64,000 nucleotides of DNA. Source: Giardia intestinalis. Taxonomy: Eukaryota. The stretch lies in assembly GCA_000002435.2 (NCBI GenBank), contig CM018791.1; one strand, 5' to 3'. The notes under the pieces are model-generated. The model worked only from the letters and a program-made list of their open reading frames with translations. It did no database searches and was not told the origin of the DNA. Below are positions 38,601 through 48,033 of this stretch, piece by piece; position 1 is the stretch's first letter, and every line of letters starts with the position of its first letter. Both the position numbers and the translations under genes were made by a program.

Positions 38601-40745
38601 ATCTCGAACTCCGTACACTATCCTCGACTGCTGCTAGTGGTTAAACGGTTCTTCACAGGTGTATACCTGTTTAGTTCGTTGAGCCCGGTGTATTCAGCGT
38701 CGATACTAACACCCTTGGTTTCTAGCATACATTCCTTAATATTTAACCGTGCTGATACATTGGTTAGAAGTTGCTTTGTCAAGACAGAGCTACTGGATAT
38801 GATTCTGTGCTTAGCTCTATATATACCATATGATGGCACGTACTATGAAGTAGAAGATGCTTCCTCTATCGTTGTCCAAACAGGATTGATACGCTATTAT
38901 GAACAGGTTGATAAATCTGAGTGTGTCTCGGACACCTCATTTTTTGCTGATTATAGAGTACGAAAAGCAGCAATCGGGCTTCTCCAGACGCTGGCATGCC
39001 ATACTTCACCCATTGGGCTGATACTTTCGCTTTTAACGAAGAACATGGAACCATCCAAAGAGGCCTTGGACGACCGCAGAAACAACCTTTTGAAAGAAAA
39101 GCCATTAGACATTAGAAAGGGCAGGGGGCAGATTGATGTGTCAGGATTGCCAGATTGCATGTTCAACGATGTGTACACGCTCCTGTTTATCCCTCTTCTT
39201 GAACCACAAAGGGAGCTTTCAATGCTTTCATCTGTATCACAGTTAAAGCACGTGACGCTCCTACGCATACTTAGAATGCTTGCAAGCATAACGTACCACA
39301 ACAAACCATACAACATACAGAACTCTGAATCAGCGGAAACCACTCTATCTAATGCAATCTTGATGCTCAGTGAACGGCTATCACTACCGTGTTGGGCACG
39401 GCGCTCCCGTGAGATCTGGGAACAAGTACTTGTGCTATTGATCGTATCGTCATCACGCCCGTTGCTCACTATACAACGGGCATTTCCTCTCCTATCATCG
39501 CGGAAGGCTTTTACCGATAAATTCACACACCTACAGTCCCACTTAATTGTTACATGCAACACCATATGTATAGTGCTAGATAAGTGGATAACATGTGCGC
39601 TGGAGCAAGCTAGCAATGTATGTCATGATAAGTTTACCAACATCCCAGATTACCATGCCTATCAAATGTGCCTCCGAGAACTTGTGCCCTACGCCCTAAG
39701 CCCTGTCCATAGCCTGCGTGTAATAGCCCAGTCCTTTTTCTTGCGAATGTGGAGTAAGGGGAAACTCCTGACAGAAGCCATGCGTGCCAATAATGTGCCC
39801 GGTCACTCATTCATTAACAAGGCTCTTTTGGCTGTCAGTGTCTCGTCTTCCCTACTAGACATTTTCAAAATGTTCCTGGAGTCTACAGAGGTAGCCAAGA
39901 AGTATGCTTCTTTGCTGGATTTATTAGATCCACGCACTGAGGCACTATGTATGACATCCGCAGCGGCGTATGTTGATACGTCTTATCCTACACCAAATGT
40001 TTCTGCTGTTGCTGGAAACGTCGTCACAACTCTAGACAAAGCTGCGTCCGAAGACACCAATTACAAGAAGATGATAACCTACGCACTAGCGTCGCTAGAC
40101 TTAGGCCCACAAGGTCATGAACAATTGGAGGATCACACCAAGCATGAAGCTATGTGGACAGAGTCTTATAAGCCTTGTGATGTGCCGCATGAGGGCAACT
40201 GCCAGCAAAAAATACACTCTGCTAAGAAAGATGGGCACAAATTAGTTGACCAATCCAGCAACTTAAAATCCAGCAACTTAATAATTAACGCATCACTACT
40301 TGACAAGACTACTAACTTAGGAGGACTGGCCCGCACAGCAGAGGTGTTTGGTCTGGACACCCTTGTATTGGGTAACACATCTTTTGCACTTGATCCTTCG
40401 TTCAAAGCCATGAGCATGACGGCTGATATGTGGCTTAACATTGAAGAAGTTCAACCATGCAATCTTGTGCAGTGGATTGCTGAGAAGAAAAAAGACGACT
40501 ACAGTGTGGTATGCCTTGAACAAAGCAGCAGATCTGTGTACCTGCAGGATGCAGATTTGCCACGAAAAGCTGTCCTAGTCCTGGGAAATGAGAGAAAAGG
40601 ATGTCCAGAAGAAATCCTGAGTCTCTGTGATATGACTGTGGAAATCCAGCAACTAGGGAATATTCGATCCCTAAATGTGCACGTGAGCTGTGCAATCTTC
40701 GTTTGGAAATGGGCTTGTCAGCATAGATTTTCTACCGCGGATTAA
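35670..40745 (+). CDS. Trm3/TARBP1-type large protein with a C-terminal SpoU (TrmH-family, SPOUT) RNA 2'-O-methyltransferase domain. Probable tRNA Gm18 methyltransferase.
   Basis: C-terminal motifs NLGGLARTAEVFG (motif 1), VLVLGNERKGCPEE (motif 2) and IRSLNVHVSCAIFVWKW (motif 3) of the SpoU family. A long helical-repeat N-terminal region precedes them, as in yeast Trm3 and human TARBP1. Start re-anchored to ATG 35670 (MALDSCQLLL...). Confidence 0.75.
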   Translation: MALDSCQLLLLALQSVTELPPSAKQNELLLGIYDSIPDGDRGSVISKVLDSCEEKAALALCTAIPDVVYLDTDILKRTTYLVSRALSQGKVSFLVVPDVFNPESAARDCILSVAYFVLKDPVSIALYSNLFSVFLEDYAASANEVSHIATIHDPLPSIGLHLAEAATSALRILEPTHLILVLAAWYSATRSSLLPPSVCNGLETLYRQVSSAELFDSIDPKIALASCDLLLDLLSLILKNEGLDHVVGYLNPQIKACRHLELISSLLSLAGCLLPSLLKNQAIDCKPIHSLISMSAYIVGLGSSAAVKRIAPFLKVVLPIYGVDATFSTALLMLLDSIESASSLHLVIPAFQRFGPQLFSYMNSANGTNQASLEQSPILLLLYNFLHRAMTLTLLPIRRFYLHILPLIAIGFISTFKVPTTLFRPLFMACSMLPAISGVQEQRFARSDNARKRIAQERNRSLHVPAEEKDHIIDQTISTPYQLFGNCVFLSPDTDYQATPFEDRDIEDIFPLTDAFMSSVSSAIDETLENIAIGYYALAKKYNNLCVGSPLVTDNTVYRAVVSQMLLQSVSCRQDPIISLSNLCVIIGAANAYTFPSVLFVVINSAVSIIESCLSTYTDGLTASSSSNTIGESDTYVVPDDLSTKALESFKQLYYSVLNVNRIHRPFFMTILFKLALSLSQLCNFMPSDIMTSFMHQAFQLTTFPQDSAILTKWVALAEQRRLSTLDLLVTLFLCVLCKRPIPALKQPIIDILSVDESFYSLLGDVEHPSMVELLQRAPDYVGELVSLLHSNLSCTVVLKGALNILRYGYRTKTPSDSMLVLHSDVWSMIAPDIPFLSPLIMKHIPNPDHRGLAFALNNLSLETISYQLCSNTNGANAFIDVVRSLMDDWEAFSETHTASFFGMLSDICLVCTRTMHRLRNDKTLVERLEQLICEVCETVFQTANNEVSGCAKGMYFHLVSKVLFSEHVIDALWLLHISNSVHYPRLLLVVKRFFTGVYLFSSLSPVYSASILTPLVSSIHSLIFNRADTLVRSCFVKTELLDMILCLALYIPYDGTYYEVEDASSIVVQTGLIRYYEQVDKSECVSDTSFFADYRVRKAAIGLLQTLACHTSPIGLILSLLTKNMEPSKEALDDRRNNLLKEKPLDIRKGRGQIDVSGLPDCMFNDVYTLLFIPLLEPQRELSMLSSVSQLKHVTLLRILRMLASITYHNKPYNIQNSESAETTLSNAILMLSERLSLPCWARRSREIWEQVLVLLIVSSSRPLLTIQRAFPLLSSRKAFTDKFTHLQSHLIVTCNTICIVLDKWITCALEQASNVCHDKFTNIPDYHAYQMCLRELVPYALSPVHSLRVIAQSFFLRMWSKGKLLTEAMRANNVPGHSFINKALLAVSVSSSLLDIFKMFLESTEVAKKYASLLDLLDPRTEALCMTSAAAYVDTSYPTPNVSAVAGNVVTTLDKAASEDTNYKKMITYALASLDLGPQGHEQLEDHTKHEAMWTESYKPCDVPHEGNCQQKIHSAKKDGHKLVDQSSNLKSSNLIINASLLDKTTNLGGLARTAEVFGLDTLVLGNTSFALDPSFKAMSMTADMWLNIEEVQPCNLVQWIAEKKKDDYSVVCLEQSSRSVYLQDADLPRKAVLVLGNERKGCPEEILSLCDMTVEIQQLGNIRSLNVHVSCAIFVWKWACQHRFSTAD

Positions 40746-40800
40746 GAGGTTTGAGCTTCCATAGTCTGCAATGTAGGTAACAGTGTGCTCATGCAGAGCT

Positions 40801-43017
40801 CTACTCTGGTATCTCGGAGCCGTACTGTTTAAGTAAGGCATCGACATTATCCTGTTCTTGATACCCTTCTAGCTGATCGTCTTCTTCTAGTTTTAGAGCC
40901 GTGTTCAACAACTCATTGGCCATACCAAGCGTAAGTGGTGCTCTTGTGGACTCAGCTAGCAAGGCTGACCCTAATGTGGTGGGCTGTACAGTTGCGCTAA
41001 ATCCCTTTTCAACGTCCACATAGTCCTCGACCTCGTCAACGGTCATAACCTGTCTCAAATGCCTGTTTTCTATGACCACCTGCGCCATCATCTTTGAAAG
41101 TTTTTTGTTTGTTTCGTTGAGCCTCTTAATAGTCTCCTGGTCGAGAATAATGCGTGCCTTCAACTCGCTTATCTTTTCGCGCTCAGCTGATAGCTGCTTT
41201 TCAAGAGCTCGCTTGGCTCTAGAATTTTCTTTAATTTTATCTGTTGATAACTTGATATTTTGCTCGTACTCTGCTAAGATTGCTTTGAGCTTTAAGGAAC
41301 TATCGACATTATCCGCCACTTTTTGCTCCAGCTTGCTTGACAATGTGGTTATAACAGCGTTGGCACTGGTAAGGTCTGCTATTTCAGCCCGCTGGAGCTC
41401 TATCTGTTCTTGTAACCCTACATTCTCCTTTTTTAGAGCCGCAATTTGGTTTCTGCCCACATCTACCTCCGATTGAAGGGATGACATTACCCGCTCGCGC
41501 TCCTGGACTTCTGACTGCATCTGCATGGCGAATCTATCTCTATTGCTGAGAGTAGCATTGTTGGATACTTTGAGTTGCATGTTTTCGGAAGTAAGTGACG
41601 AAATTTGATGTTTAAGCCTTGCATTTTCGGTTGTCAGCTTTGCACAATTTATGCATCCAGGGTTTGGAATTTGCATGTTATATGGCAAGGGGTGCTGTGG
41701 AGCAGGTGGCAACTGCTGATATGGCTGTGATGTCATTGAGATTGTCAGTGAAGTGTCCACATGACTCTGAGTGTGTGGCTGAGCGTGAGGCGAGGAGCTA
41801 TGCCGAGGCCCCATAGAACATGGATGCACAGTGTTTGGAGACGAGCTTCTGCTATGCCTGTTAGAGTGGGGATTTTCTGCACCGTAAAGATTTCCTGAAA
41901 TTTGCCGTATTTTAGAAGTGGCTACGTCGTACTCTGGAGACATGGAGACGTGTGCCCGCTGGGCAGGGAGATTTGCAGTAGAAACACTTGGGCGATTAAT
42001 ACTAACGTCGCTGCTGGTCGAAGGTGCCGTTAAATTATCTGACTCAAGTCCTGAAAGTACACCGTTACCAGAGGGAACACAAGAAGCAGGGCGATACGGC
42101 TCAGGAATTACATCATCCTGAAAGAGGTCGGCATTATCTACATCATCAATGTCATCGCTAGTAACGTTATGCACTACCGGCTGTGTCCTAATGGATGGAT
42201 TTTGCATTGGCCTAGGGGTAAACTGGTTAATACCACGTGATGTAAGGATGTGATTCGTACTGGTATTACTAATGTCACTGGCACCCTCGTCTTCTCGCTC
42301 CAGGAGGGGTTCCCCACTGGTTGAGCCAGGCAGAGTGCGGCTCTTGGCCGTCAGAGCTGCAATTGTCCGGTCCTTCTGCATCAGCATTGCTGTCATATTA
42401 TTTAGATTACTATTCTTGGCCTTTAAGTCTTCTTTAAGCTGCATGATCTGAGAGTTTAGGAGCTTGACCTCCTCTGGATTTACCGTGTCTGCACTGCTCC
42501 TACTAGACCCAGATTGGGAACCTTTCCTAACCTTTGTATAGGCAGAAAGCTGGCTCTCGAGGGCCTTGTTTTTAGATTTTAGATGTGACACCTCTACCTT
42601 TAGATTATCTTCGCGCTTTGTTACCTCTGCTCCAAAGGCTCTCAAGTTTCTCACTTCGCTTTCCAGCGCATGGAGCTCTGCAGCAAATGTCAGTGGACCG
42701 CGGTGGACAAGTGGTACGGGCTCAGGGACAGAGTATCCTAGCGCTTGGGCATCCTGCATTTCATGAAGTCGCATATAGAGATCGTTATTCTCAGCAAGAA
42801 GCTGTTGATTATCAGCTTGTAATGGATCAATCATCTTCGTCTGATAATCTATAGTATTTTGAAGAGAAGTCATCTGTTTCTTGCTCTGACTTAGTTGCGC
42901 CCGTAAGCCAGCCATATCCGAACTCATGTGAGAAACCAGTGGGACAGCATCATCTGGAAGAGGTTCTTGGTATCCGTAGTTATCTAGAATCTGCCGCAAA
43001 TGACCTGTCCCCGACAT
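40801..43017 (-). CDS. Coiled-coil protein (738 aa) with a Ser/Pro/Gln-rich central low-complexity region.
   Basis: N- and C-terminal heptad-like segments. ATG at 43015-43017 preceded by aaatttaaaatttctcg. Confidence 0.7.
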   Translation of the reverse strand: MSGTGHLRQILDNYGYQEPLPDDAVPLVSHMSSDMAGLRAQLSQSKKQMTSLQNTIDYQTKMIDPLQADNQQLLAENNDLYMRLHEMQDAQALGYSVPEPVPLVHRGPLTFAAELHALESEVRNLRAFGAEVTKREDNLKVEVSHLKSKNKALESQLSAYTKVRKGSQSGSSRSSADTVNPEEVKLLNSQIMQLKEDLKAKNSNLNNMTAMLMQKDRTIAALTAKSRTLPGSTSGEPLLEREDEGASDISNTSTNHILTSRGINQFTPRPMQNPSIRTQPVVHNVTSDDIDDVDNADLFQDDVIPEPYRPASCVPSGNGVLSGLESDNLTAPSTSSDVSINRPSVSTANLPAQRAHVSMSPEYDVATSKIRQISGNLYGAENPHSNRHSRSSSPNTVHPCSMGPRHSSSPHAQPHTQSHVDTSLTISMTSQPYQQLPPAPQHPLPYNMQIPNPGCINCAKLTTENARLKHQISSLTSENMQLKVSNNATLSNRDRFAMQMQSEVQERERVMSSLQSEVDVGRNQIAALKKENVGLQEQIELQRAEIADLTSANAVITTLSSKLEQKVADNVDSSLKLKAILAEYEQNIKLSTDKIKENSRAKRALEKQLSAEREKISELKARIILDQETIKRLNETNKKLSKMMAQVVIENRHLRQVMTVDEVEDYVDVEKGFSATVQPTTLGSALLAESTRAPLTLGMANELLNTALKLEEDDQLEGYQEQDNVDALLKQYGSEIPE

Positions 43018-43148
43018 CGAGAAATTTTAAATTTTGAATAGATTTACCTGTGCAGGGAACATAGACGCAAGGAGATTAGCCTCGAACACACTGTGCCTGC
43101 ACTACCTCATATGGAAAGAGCAAGAGGCGTAAACCTCCCCACTTTCTA

Positions 43149-45203
43149 CTACTGGTCTACACTACTGCTCAATTTAGAAATATGCATGAGAAAGTTCTCA
43201 ATCGTGTAGATAGGACAATTGGTAGATTGTAGGAGTACGGTATTAAAATCTGCTACTAACTTCGTGCGCACGGCGGTATATTGAAAGTACCTTTGTTTAA
43301 TTGGAAGACGCTGTATACGTTTGTGCATAAGAAGCGATAGTCCAACTATCACTCTAAAAATACCATCAAATATTGGAGCAGGCGCATTAGCTGTCAACGG
43401 AATCATAAAGTGCTCAGAGGTACTAAAGTATTCCCAGAAGTTATCGTGAAACCTCTTCCATGGTCCATACCTGATCTTTGGATTTAAGACACCAGTTTTG
43501 GTATCCTTCATTGGATCTGCTAACTCTAAGGCTTCCGTTGCGAACTTCTGCACTTTCGACTGAAAGAGATCGATAAGTAAGACCTTATACGTGTCGGCCT
43601 TTACCTGAATTGTCTCAGTTATGGGTGTTGTTGCTAACTCCTTGGCCGTTACCAGACATTCAGCGGTCAATGTATTCTCCGATGACTTGCTACTACCAGC
43701 GCCAGTATTTAATTTGTTAGCTGCTGTTATTTGAGCATTAACAAATTCAGAGTACCGTACGGTAAAGTCTAGTGTTAACAACGTTATGAATGGGGTAGTG
43801 GTGATAATCTTCCGAGCAACGTCGTCCATAGTAAAAATGTAATGGGTAATGTCCAGCAAAGATAACGCTATAGGGTATGAATACGTCTTGGATGCCCCAA
43901 TGGGGTCGTTGAGTAGCAACTCCATAGCAGCAAGAGCATCATCTTTATCTGATAAGGATCGCACAGACTCTCGGATTTGCTCAGACATCTTCCTTGCGCA
44001 AACAAATAGCATATGATTAACCCTATCCAGTTCATCTCCATAGTCACCATATGACTCAGAAAAGAGGATGTCCGGATATTGGTCGGCAAAAATGCGTAAA
44101 GCTATTAGGGCCAGCAGACTGGATGCCCGGAAGTCTGTTAGAGGTGATACGCCCTGGAATCCGATCATGTGCCAAAAGAATGGATCAACGGTCGTTGTTC
44201 GCTCGCAGGAATCTATGATTTGTCGCCGAATAACTTCAAACAGTCCCCAGTGCTTCACTATCAGGCCAGGAGCGGATTGGAAATCTAAGCTTCTGAGGTA
44301 ATTAAGGTACCGATTTTTAGCCAACAATACTTTGCCAATCCCACACAGTAGCGACATGTGGACCGTGTTATTAGAAGAAATGTGCAGGGGGCGGAGGTCC
44401 ATATAACCGTCTATTTTGGTTTGAAGGACACTTAGACCCGTTGCTAGAAATGTTAGCACGCGCTTATGAACATTTTTCATTATTGCATGCATCTCCTCCA
44501 CGATCTCACCAAGTTCTGATGCACACTTCATGATAGGTGTATCTGGCTTAGATGGACTAACTCCTCTTGGCGCAGGTGACTCTGGGGAGGTGTTATTGGA
44601 TACATTATTGGATATGAAGCTGCCACTTATTGTGAGGGAGTCAGAGAGTGCGCTAGGATAGATTGATTGTTTAAAGAGGGTGGACTGGATGATATTTTTG
44701 CCAAACAACAACCCTATTTGACGCAGCTTCTTACTATTCTCCTTTGTTTTGAAGAGGATTGATATGCCAGTGGATCCATACTGGACTGTAGAAAGCCCTT
44801 GCTCATCAGATGCAGCCTGCAAGTCATGGTATTCTATCAAGCAAACACAGCTAATATCGGTTATTAACGGGCTTCGCAGAAGCAATGGAAACATGTTATT
44901 ATAATCGTACAGAGTAGGGGATTTTTTAGTCGATTGCCGAAGAGTCTCAACAAAGAGGTCATTGTCGGAGTTGGTATCCTGAGGGGAAGTGAATAAAATG
45001 TTGCTGGGTTTTACGCAGCTCTTCTTCTCCAGAGTCTTACAAGGAACGAACAATAGGTCAAAGGTCGGAGTACAGAACATAGAGCACGGTATTGTATTGG
45101 GCTTCTTGTAGGTATAGGTGCAACCGAAGGACTCTGAAGAAGACTTGACGTGTCGGATATCGAATACCAGACTGACTGTGATGCGATGCCAAAGGATAAG
45201 CAT
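43149..45203 (-). CDS. ELMO-domain-containing protein (ELMOD-like, putative Arf/Arl GAP).
   Basis: DPFFWHMIGFQGVSPLTDFRASSLLALIALRIFA matches the ELMO-domain core (W..GFQ...P.TDFRG.G.L.L..L). The start could instead be the internal Met at ~45080. Confidence 0.6.
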   Translation of the reverse strand: MLILWHRITVSLVFDIRHVKSSSESFGCTYTYKKPNTIPCSMFCTPTFDLLFVPCKTLEKKSCVKPSNILFTSPQDTNSDNDLFVETLRQSTKKSPTLYDYNNMFPLLLRSPLITDISCVCLIEYHDLQAASDEQGLSTVQYGSTGISILFKTKENSKKLRQIGLLFGKNIIQSTLFKQSIYPSALSDSLTISGSFISNNVSNNTSPESPAPRGVSPSKPDTPIMKCASELGEIVEEMHAIMKNVHKRVLTFLATGLSVLQTKIDGYMDLRPLHISSNNTVHMSLLCGIGKVLLAKNRYLNYLRSLDFQSAPGLIVKHWGLFEVIRRQIIDSCERTTTVDPFFWHMIGFQGVSPLTDFRASSLLALIALRIFADQYPDILFSESYGDYGDELDRVNHMLFVCARKMSEQIRESVRSLSDKDDALAAMELLLNDPIGASKTYSYPIALSLLDITHYIFTMDDVARKIITTTPFITLLTLDFTVRYSEFVNAQITAANKLNTGAGSSKSSENTLTAECLVTAKELATTPITETIQVKADTYKVLLIDLFQSKVQKFATEALELADPMKDTKTGVLNPKIRYGPWKRFHDNFWEYFSTSEHFMIPLTANAPAPIFDGIFRVIVGLSLLMHKRIQRLPIKQRYFQYTAVRTKLVADFNTVLLQSTNCPIYTIENFLMHISKLSSSVDQ

Positions 45204-45260
45204 CGTTCAACACTCAGTCAGTCAGAGAAAGCCTTCTTAAAAATTGAAAAAAATTGCCCC

Positions 45261-46619
45261 ATGAATAGCCAAGTGGCAAACATCCCCGTTGATCCTCGAG
45301 AGCACAAGACTGCACTGGCTAACTTTCCTCCTTCCTTCTCATTTTACGACTCCATCCCATGCTTGTACGGGTCTCAGGAGCGGTACGAGATTGGCAGGAA
45401 GCTGGGGCATGGCAAGTACTCGGACGTCTTTGAAGGGTACTGCGTGGATACCGACTCTAGTGTGGTTATCAAGATTCTCAAGCCAGTGCGGCGTAAGAAG
45501 ATCTACAGAGAAATTAAGATATTGACCAACCTTCTCGCCGGCCCCAACTGCATAAACCTTCTTGACGTTGTCTCGGTGCGTGACTCAGACTATCCTGCCC
45601 TTATACTGGAGCATGGAGGCCTGTCTCTCGCCCACTCCGTGCAGATGCTCAATGACGAGCAAATTAGAATAGTGCTATTTCAAACCCTACGAGCGTTAGA
45701 GTGGTTCCACATTCATGGAATTGTCCACCGTGACACCAAGCCTGGAAACATTGCATACGATCCCACTAGCCATAGGTTGAAGCTTTTAGATTATGGGCTG
45801 GCCGAGTTCTACTCCTATGGAACGCCGCTCCACCATCGCGTAGCATCTAGACATTACAAGTCGCCCGAAATACTCGTCAATTATCAGCTCTATGACTACT
45901 CTTTAGATATCTGGTCACTAGGTACCCTAGCTGCTGGCCTCATATTTAAGCGTCACCCCTTTTTCAGAGGAACAAATAATATCAATCAGCTGGACAAGAT
46001 TGTTGAAGTGCTAGGCTCAGCTGACTTTTTCGCCATGATCAACAAGTACAATATTAAGCTTTCTTCATCGCGAACTTATGATCTACAAGGGTATGAACGC
46101 ATGCAGTTTGATGCCTTTACAAACCATGACAACCACTATCTGGTGACGGACCAAGCCCTTGATTTTCTGAATAAAACTCTTGTCTACGATCCTGAGAAGC
46201 GTCTGACCGTCCGTGAAGCTCTTCTGCATCCTTACTTTGATTGTATCCGTGAAAAAATAACCGATATGGCAATAGAGGAGGTCAACGATGCAAAGAAAAT
46301 CATGGAGCTGGAGGAGATTGAACAGCAGCTGAAGCCGGCTAAGGCAGAAAAGGTCGAGGACCCTGCAGGCTCGGGGTCATGCAGCCAGCGGCCCCCGCAG
46401 ATGCATAGTATCCTTGGTCTCAGCCCGTCTGCTTTACCGACCTGGAAGACAGATCTCAAAACACAGCACTTCCCCGTTCCCATGTTGCCCTCTGAGCTCA
46501 GTAAGAATCCCAGTAAGTACAGTCAGTTTGATAAGATGTGGGAAGAGTATTGGAAGACTCAACAGATGAAACTAGTAGAAAGCGGGATGCAGGTATATGG
46601 ATCTCAGATTACTTCTTAG
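45261..46619 (+). CDS. Casein kinase 2 alpha catalytic subunit, with a ~120-aa C-terminal extension.
   Basis: YEIGRKLGHGKYSDVFEG, VVIKILKPVRRKKIYREIKIL, HRDTKPGNIAYD, LLDYGLAEFY, RHYKSPEILV, DYSLDIWSLG and HPYF all track the CK2-alpha consensus closely. Start set to ATG 45261, preceded by aaaaattgaaaaaaattgcccc (the ORF is open from 45150). Confidence 0.9.
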   Translation: MNSQVANIPVDPREHKTALANFPPSFSFYDSIPCLYGSQERYEIGRKLGHGKYSDVFEGYCVDTDSSVVIKILKPVRRKKIYREIKILTNLLAGPNCINLLDVVSVRDSDYPALILEHGGLSLAHSVQMLNDEQIRIVLFQTLRALEWFHIHGIVHRDTKPGNIAYDPTSHRLKLLDYGLAEFYSYGTPLHHRVASRHYKSPEILVNYQLYDYSLDIWSLGTLAAGLIFKRHPFFRGTNNINQLDKIVEVLGSADFFAMINKYNIKLSSSRTYDLQGYERMQFDAFTNHDNHYLVTDQALDFLNKTLVYDPEKRLTVREALLHPYFDCIREKITDMAIEEVNDAKKIMELEEIEQQLKPAKAEKVEDPAGSGSCSQRPPQMHSILGLSPSALPTWKTDLKTQHFPVPMLPSELSKNPSKYSQFDKMWEEYWKTQQMKLVESGMQVYGSQITS

Positions 46620-46772
46620 AGGCCTTTGTGTTTTCGTTCTTTATGCCTTCGGGAGTTTTATATTTTAGCGAAGGACAAAACTTTGCCTGCAGAGATACCA
46701 ACGTTGCGTTAGTATCATTGGTAATTATGGGAAAATAAATTTTTCGTTAAATCTGGGCCTGAGTTTATCTGA

Positions 46773-47984
46773 ATGCTGGACTGGAAGGGCTACGCCGCTT
46801 TGCGGTCTCCTACGCATTCGCTGAACCATGCCATTGTAGGGTTCATTTCTCAGTGCCGCGTCGGGCCGGTTGAACTAGATGCTCGAGATCGTCTTCTTTC
46901 TCTCGTTCGTAGTGCCTCGTATGACCTCTGCGCCCAGATAACCTTCGAGGGTTTTGGTTCGTGGGAGGTAGGCTTAGCAAACCCGTCATCTGACATAGAC
47001 ATCCAAATTGTCCGGCCTGGTAAGCGTTCCTTTGCAATACCTCACCTGATTAACAACTTGAAGCAAGCTTTTTCGGTAGTTGACTACCCTGTCACAGTGG
47101 ATCCAGCTTACTTGCGTTTATGCCACGATCAATCTGGTTTGGAAGTGGAGTTGTATGTGTTTGACGAAGGGCGTTACGAGGAATGCCTTTCGCGAAACAG
47201 CCGGGCTATGGCTGCATTCTTTTCTGCAAATCCTATTCTTTGTGCTCTTTACATGATAATCAAGCATTTACTTAAAAGGGAGTCTTTGTACTGTCCGGGA
47301 GATACCGCAAAAGGCGTTCCACTAGAGTACGCGGACGATGATGAAGAGGTCGTGCAGCCGGTGGGGCCTACTGCGCAAAAGCCTGGCATAAGTGGGTATG
47401 TGCTTTGTTGGTTGATAATAGCTTTTGCCCGAAATGGGCTCCAAGAGATGGGCGAAGAGCCGTTACTGGACTCCAGTACTTCGCTTTATACTATTGGAGA
47501 GATTCTCATTTTGTTCTTACACTACTATGCACATGTTTTCAACTACGATCTCTACTATCTGCAGGTTGAAAGCGAATTACGTACGGAGATCTCGAGTCTC
47601 AGAAGAAGCACAGAAGCACGGCACTTACTGAAAGATAAAAGAACACAGTTGAGGTTGGGCATACACGACAGCCCCAACGGAGTCCGAGTGTGCCGGGTTC
47701 CACCAACAAGTACTCTATATGAAGTCATGCGTCGGGTTGTGCCATTGGAGGCTCTACCGCTTGTTATCCTGAACGCAGAGTTAGGCATAAATATTACTGA
47801 AAAGGTGTGTGACTATGACTCAGTCAGAAAACTATTTCAAGACACGCTCTCACTATTGAAAGGATATGTGGAGGGAACAGTCCGAGTACTTGATCTGAAT
47901 ACAATTTTGGGATTCACAGAAGACTACTGGGCGCGGCGGAACAGGATATCTTCATTTGTGACGAAGGGCAGAGCCGTGGCTTAG
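46773..47984 (+). CDS. Non-canonical poly(A) polymerase / terminal nucleotidyltransferase (Cid1/Trf4 family, Pol-beta-like NTase).
   Basis: FGSWEVGLANPSSDIDIQIV fits the hG[GS]x(9-13)DhD NTase motif. A downstream helical PAP-associated-like region is present. ATG at 46773. Confidence 0.65.
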   Translation: MLDWKGYAALRSPTHSLNHAIVGFISQCRVGPVELDARDRLLSLVRSASYDLCAQITFEGFGSWEVGLANPSSDIDIQIVRPGKRSFAIPHLINNLKQAFSVVDYPVTVDPAYLRLCHDQSGLEVELYVFDEGRYEECLSRNSRAMAAFFSANPILCALYMIIKHLLKRESLYCPGDTAKGVPLEYADDDEEVVQPVGPTAQKPGISGYVLCWLIIAFARNGLQEMGEEPLLDSSTSLYTIGEILILFLHYYAHVFNYDLYYLQVESELRTEISSLRRSTEARHLLKDKRTQLRLGIHDSPNGVRVCRVPPTSTLYEVMRRVVPLEALPLVILNAELGINITEKVCDYDSVRKLFQDTLSLLKGYVEGTVRVLDLNTILGFTEDYWARRNRISSFVTKGRAVA

Positions 47985-48033
47985 CAAGAGGCTCTTGGAG
48001 ACTATAAACAGCAGCAAGTGCTCACAGATATGA

